A stretch of DNA of 64,000 bases. Origin: a virus. The stretch's first letter is position 1. Each line of letters opens with the position of its first letter. The notes beneath the pieces were generated by a model, which saw only the letters and a list, made by a program, of their open reading frames with translations, was not told the origin of the DNA and made no database searches. Shown here one piece after another: positions 60,661-64,000 of this stretch. The DNA lies in the IMG/VR virus record IMGVR_UViG_3300029787_000001, positions 32,001 through 96,000 of that record. One strand, given 5' to 3'. The translations under genes and the position numbers were made by a program.

Positions 60661-61465
60661 TAAAACAAAAATTTGCCTCGTGCAAAACACATTAGGTCCA
60701 AATGTCTACGGTGGTCTTTTTACTCAGGACGAAAATACTGATGTGGTAGCATATGTTGACTATGCAATTGGTAACGCTAAAAAAGAAGATCAAAGATTAA
60801 AAGTGGCCATATTGGTTGAGCCCGCCGTCGTTAATTCAAGTTTATATAATTGGATTGAAAATAATCATTCTCTATTTGATCTTGTTTTGACTCACAACAA
60901 GGCACTGTCTGAAAAAAATGAAAAGTTTAAATACTACCCAGTCTGGCCTAGAATTTGGATACCTAAACCCGATAGAAAAATCTATGACAAGACAAAAAAG
61001 GTATCTGCTATATTTTCTAACAGAAATCAAACAATTGGGCACAAAACTAGGCACGTTATAGCCAAGCAGTTCTCTAGTTTGATTGATTTGTATGGCAAGG
61101 GGTATAACCCAATAGAAACAAAAACAGAGGGCATTTCTGACTACATGTATCATGTTGTAGTAGAGAATGAGCAGCGTGGATATGCTAGTGAGAAAGTAAA
61201 TGATTCTTTTTGTTGCGGCTCTATACCAATATACTGGGGTGATGATACATCAAATGTGTTGGACTTTTATAACAAAGATGGCATTTTGATGTTTGAGACT
61301 ATGGAAGAATTAGAAAATATTTTACTAAACATTGCATCAGAGACGTATTACAATAGTAAAAAAGAAGCCATAGAGGAAAATTTCAATAAAGCAGCCAACT
61401 TGTCTTTAGACAAAATTTATTGGGATTATGGTATAGAAAATTTCTTAAGACAGAGAGGGTTCTAA
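60653..61465 (+). CDS. GT10-like (alpha-1,3-fucosyltransferase-type) protein
   Basis: VVEN..YASEK..D.F..GSIPIYWG. Confidence 0.7.
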   Translation: MFDKTKICLVQNTLGPNVYGGLFTQDENTDVVAYVDYAIGNAKKEDQRLKVAILVEPAVVNSSLYNWIENNHSLFDLVLTHNKALSEKNEKFKYYPVWPRIWIPKPDRKIYDKTKKVSAIFSNRNQTIGHKTRHVIAKQFSSLIDLYGKGYNPIETKTEGISDYMYHVVVENEQRGYASEKVNDSFCCGSIPIYWGDDTSNVLDFYNKDGILMFETMEELENILLNIASETYYNSKKEAIEENFNKAANLSLDKIYWDYGIENFLRQRGF

Positions 61466-62061
61466 TGAGTTTTGATGTTGTAGAAGAATTTGAAAAAGAA
61501 ATTGCTAATTATTTTGGTGCGCCTCATGCCGTAGCAGTAGATTGCTGTACCCACGGGCTTGAGTTATGCTTGAGACACCAAAAGATAAATCACTACACCA
61601 CCCCCAAGAGAACCTATATATCTGTGCCGCTCTTAGCCAGAAAATTAAATATCACTTTTGATTGGAGAGACGAAAACTGGCAAGAATACTACTGTTTAGG
61701 GGGCACCAATATTGTTGATGCTGCGGTTTTATGGAGGGAAAACTCTTATGTGCCGGGCATGTTTATGTGCTTAAGTTTTCAGTTCAGAAAACATTTGAGT
61801 CTCGGAAGAGGCGGAATGATATTAACAGATGATGAAGAATCTGCTATAATATTGAAAAAGATGTCTTACGATGGAAGGTTGCCTAATATTCCATGGCGTC
61901 AACAAAATATTAACACTATGGGATATCACTATTACATGACTCCCGAAACAGCACAAAGAGGCTTAGACAAACTTACAGATGCCAAAACAACAGTTCCAAA
62001 AAAATGGTCTGTTGAGGATTGGCCAGATTTAACCCACATGGAGATTTTTAAGAATGACTAA
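61465..62061 (+). CDS. Short DegT/DnrJ/EryC1/StrS aminotransferase
   Basis: FEKEIANYFGAPHAVAV, SFQFRKHL..GRGGMI. Confidence 0.8.
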   Translation: MSFDVVEEFEKEIANYFGAPHAVAVDCCTHGLELCLRHQKINHYTTPKRTYISVPLLARKLNITFDWRDENWQEYYCLGGTNIVDAAVLWRENSYVPGMFMCLSFQFRKHLSLGRGGMILTDDEESAIILKKMSYDGRLPNIPWRQQNINTMGYHYYMTPETAQRGLDKLTDAKTTVPKKWSVEDWPDLTHMEIFKND

Positions 62062-63031
62062 AAAAAGAGCGCTAATTACTGGAATTAATGGACAAGATGG
62101 AAGCTATCTCACTGAGCACCTAAGCGCTTTGGGATATGAGGTACACGGAATTGTCAGAAGACACTCGGTTGCCGAAAACCAAAATTATAGATTAAGCAAG
62201 ATTGAAGGATTGGAAGATGTTCACTCGCATTACGGCGACCTTTTAGATTATCCTTCTCTTGTCAGAGTTGTAAGCGAGGTCATGCCTGATGAGATTTACA
62301 ATTTGGGTGCTATGAGTCATGTGAGGGTTAGCTTCGATATGCCATCATTTACGATTCAGACTAACGCTCTTGGGGTTCTTCACATGCTAGAGGTTTATAG
62401 AGCCATATGCCCACAAGCTAAATTTTATCAGGCTAGTTCCTCTGAGATGTTTGGCAACTCTGTTGACTCTGACGGGGTTCAGCGCCTAACAACCCCAATG
62501 AATCCGGTGAGCCCCTATGGCTGCGCCAAGGTGATGGGTTACAATTTGGTTAGACATTATCGCCATGCTTACGGACTTCATGCCTGTAATGGCATTTTGT
62601 TTAATCACGAATCTCCTCGACGTGGAACAAACTTTGTTACCAACAAGGTTGTTAATGGCGCTGTTGCAATTAAGAAGGGTCTGCAAAGCAAGTTAGAGCT
62701 TGGTAATATGGACTCGCAGAGAGATTGGGGGCACTCAAAGGATTATGTGCGTGCGATGCATATGATTATCAATCATGATACCCCAGAAGAATTTATTGTC
62801 GCCACCGGAGAAACACACTCAGTTAGAGATCTATGTGAAACTGTGTTTAGTAAACTGGGCATGGATTACAGAGACTACATTGTCCAAAATCCCAAGTATA
62901 TGCGTCCAGAGGAACTAAAGTACCTGTGTGGTGATTCTTCAAAGTCTAGAGAAGTATTAGGCTGGAAGCCGGAATACACATTTGAAACAATGCTTGATGA
63001 GATGATTGAAAGATGGGAGTCAGAGCTTTGA
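62054..63031 (+). CDS. gmd: GDP-mannose 4,6-dehydratase
   Basis: GINGQDGSYL, QASSSEMFG, SPYGCAK, NHESPRRG, RDWG. Confidence 0.95.
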   Translation: MTKKRALITGINGQDGSYLTEHLSALGYEVHGIVRRHSVAENQNYRLSKIEGLEDVHSHYGDLLDYPSLVRVVSEVMPDEIYNLGAMSHVRVSFDMPSFTIQTNALGVLHMLEVYRAICPQAKFYQASSSEMFGNSVDSDGVQRLTTPMNPVSPYGCAKVMGYNLVRHYRHAYGLHACNGILFNHESPRRGTNFVTNKVVNGAVAIKKGLQSKLELGNMDSQRDWGHSKDYVRAMHMIINHDTPEEFIVATGETHSVRDLCETVFSKLGMDYRDYIVQNPKYMRPEELKYLCGDSSKSREVLGWKPEYTFETMLDEMIERWESEL

Positions 63032-63243
63032 ATATTTCAGTGGGAAGCCTTATAAAGTGGTATGAAGAATATTCAGATGGCATCGTTAAAGATGCTGGTA
63101 CTGGGATATTGGTACAAATAAGAGGACCGCGCCCATATGGAAACAGTTACAAAGTTTATAGAAATAAATTTAAAGACTTTATCTGGGTATCTCAAACATG
63201 CATAGAGAAGATAGAATATGAAGATATTGATAACAGGACATAA
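63028..63243 (+). CDS. KOW-like small protein
   Basis: ISVGSLIKW. Confidence 0.5.
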   Translation: MNISVGSLIKWYEEYSDGIVKDAGTGILVQIRGPRPYGNSYKVYRNKFKDFIWVSQTCIEKIEYEDIDNRT

Positions 63244-64000
63244 AGGATATATTGGTAGTAAACTTTTTACAAAATTAAACAATGAAACAAACATTGTTCA
63301 TGGTATTGATTTAAAAGATGGAAAAGATGTAATCAAGGATCTACCAGATGCAAATTGTGATTATGTTTTCCACCTCGCAGCCCTTCCTAGCGTGCAGCAA
63401 TCAGTAGATGCGCCTTCCGACACATTCAGAAACAATGCTTATTCTACCTCGGTGCTTCTTGAGTGGGCTAAAAAACATAATGTAAAGCGCGTTATCTTTT
63501 CTTCCTCTGCCGCCGCTGCCAATGTAACATCACCTTATGGGCTTCATAAAAGAATTTCAGAACAAGAGTGCAAGCTATATTCAGATTTATATGGATTAGA
63601 CACTGTTTGTCTCCGTTATTACAATGTCTATTCTGAAGATCAAAAATATGGTGGTTCACACTCCACAGCGATAAGTGCTTGGATGCAGATGATTCGTGAA
63701 GGCAGAGCACTTCGTATAGATGGAGATGGAGAGCAGACAAGAGATTTTGTACATGTTGACGATGTTGTCTCTGCTAACATTTTTTGCATGAATCAAGGTA
63801 AACTATTTGCTGGCGCAATATATGACGTTGCTAGCGGTGCTTCATGCTCCCTAAATTCAGCTAGAGAGATAATAAAAAGAAAACACAATGTAACTTGGAG
63901 CGAAAATCCAGAAAGAAAAGGTGACATTAAGTATTCACACTCAGACATTTCTGGGTTATTATCTCTTGGATGGAAGCCGTCTATTACTATAGAAGATGGC
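63218..64000 (+). CDS. NAD-dependent epimerase/dehydratase (runs off the window)
   Basis: MKILITGHKGYIGS, FHLAA, FSSSAA, YGLHK, RYYNVY, RDFVHV. Confidence 0.9.
   Translation, partial: MKILITGHKGYIGSKLFTKLNNETNIVHGIDLKDGKDVIKDLPDANCDYVFHLAALPSVQQSVDAPSDTFRNNAYSTSVLLEWAKKHNVKRVIFSSSAAAANVTSPYGLHKRISEQECKLYSDLYGLDTVCLRYYNVYSEDQKYGGSHSTAISAWMQMIREGRALRIDGDGEQTRDFVHVDDVVSANIFCMNQGKLFAGAIYDVASGASCSLNSAREIIKRKHNVTWSENPERKGDIKYSHSDISGLLSLGWKPSITIEDG

Overview
A 64-kb segment of a large dsDNA bacteriophage genome. All credible genes are on the + strand, with Shine-Dalgarno sites and sigma70-type promoters, so the host is bacterial; lipoprotein styles hint at Myxococcota/deltaproteobacteria (inference). 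Four zones. (1) 1-23.5 kb is an early, GC-richer region of about 36 near-identical promoter cassettes (TTGACA-17-TACATT with a GTTAC-N9-GTAAC dyad), each driving 1-6 short ORFs. It holds many MKVGDLV SH3/KOW-like paralogs, CCHC zinc-knuckle proteins, tilS, a deaminase, a MoxR-type AAA + vWA/metallopeptidase pair, 8 tRNAs and several ORF-free, highly structured RNA candidates, some tRNA-like. (2) A G/C homopolymer boundary lies at ~23.53 kb. (3) 23.6-48 kb carries genes behind a CTANTTA late-promoter-like motif, including an array of unrelated domains sharing an MKLLLENWRKFLxE leader, plus auxiliary genes (cytochrome c, PMM, aldolase, phoH, GSII, TrmH) and 2 more tRNAs, one a Ser with anticodon AGA. 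(4) 48.9-64 kb is an AT-rich glycan-synthesis island (GT4, GT2, GT11, GT6, GT29, GT10, NeuA-like, gmd). The strongest candidates for undescribed biology are the structured ncRNA set with its shared leader hairpin and the leader-tagged cargo array. Families were called by eye from motifs; no database search or folding program was run.
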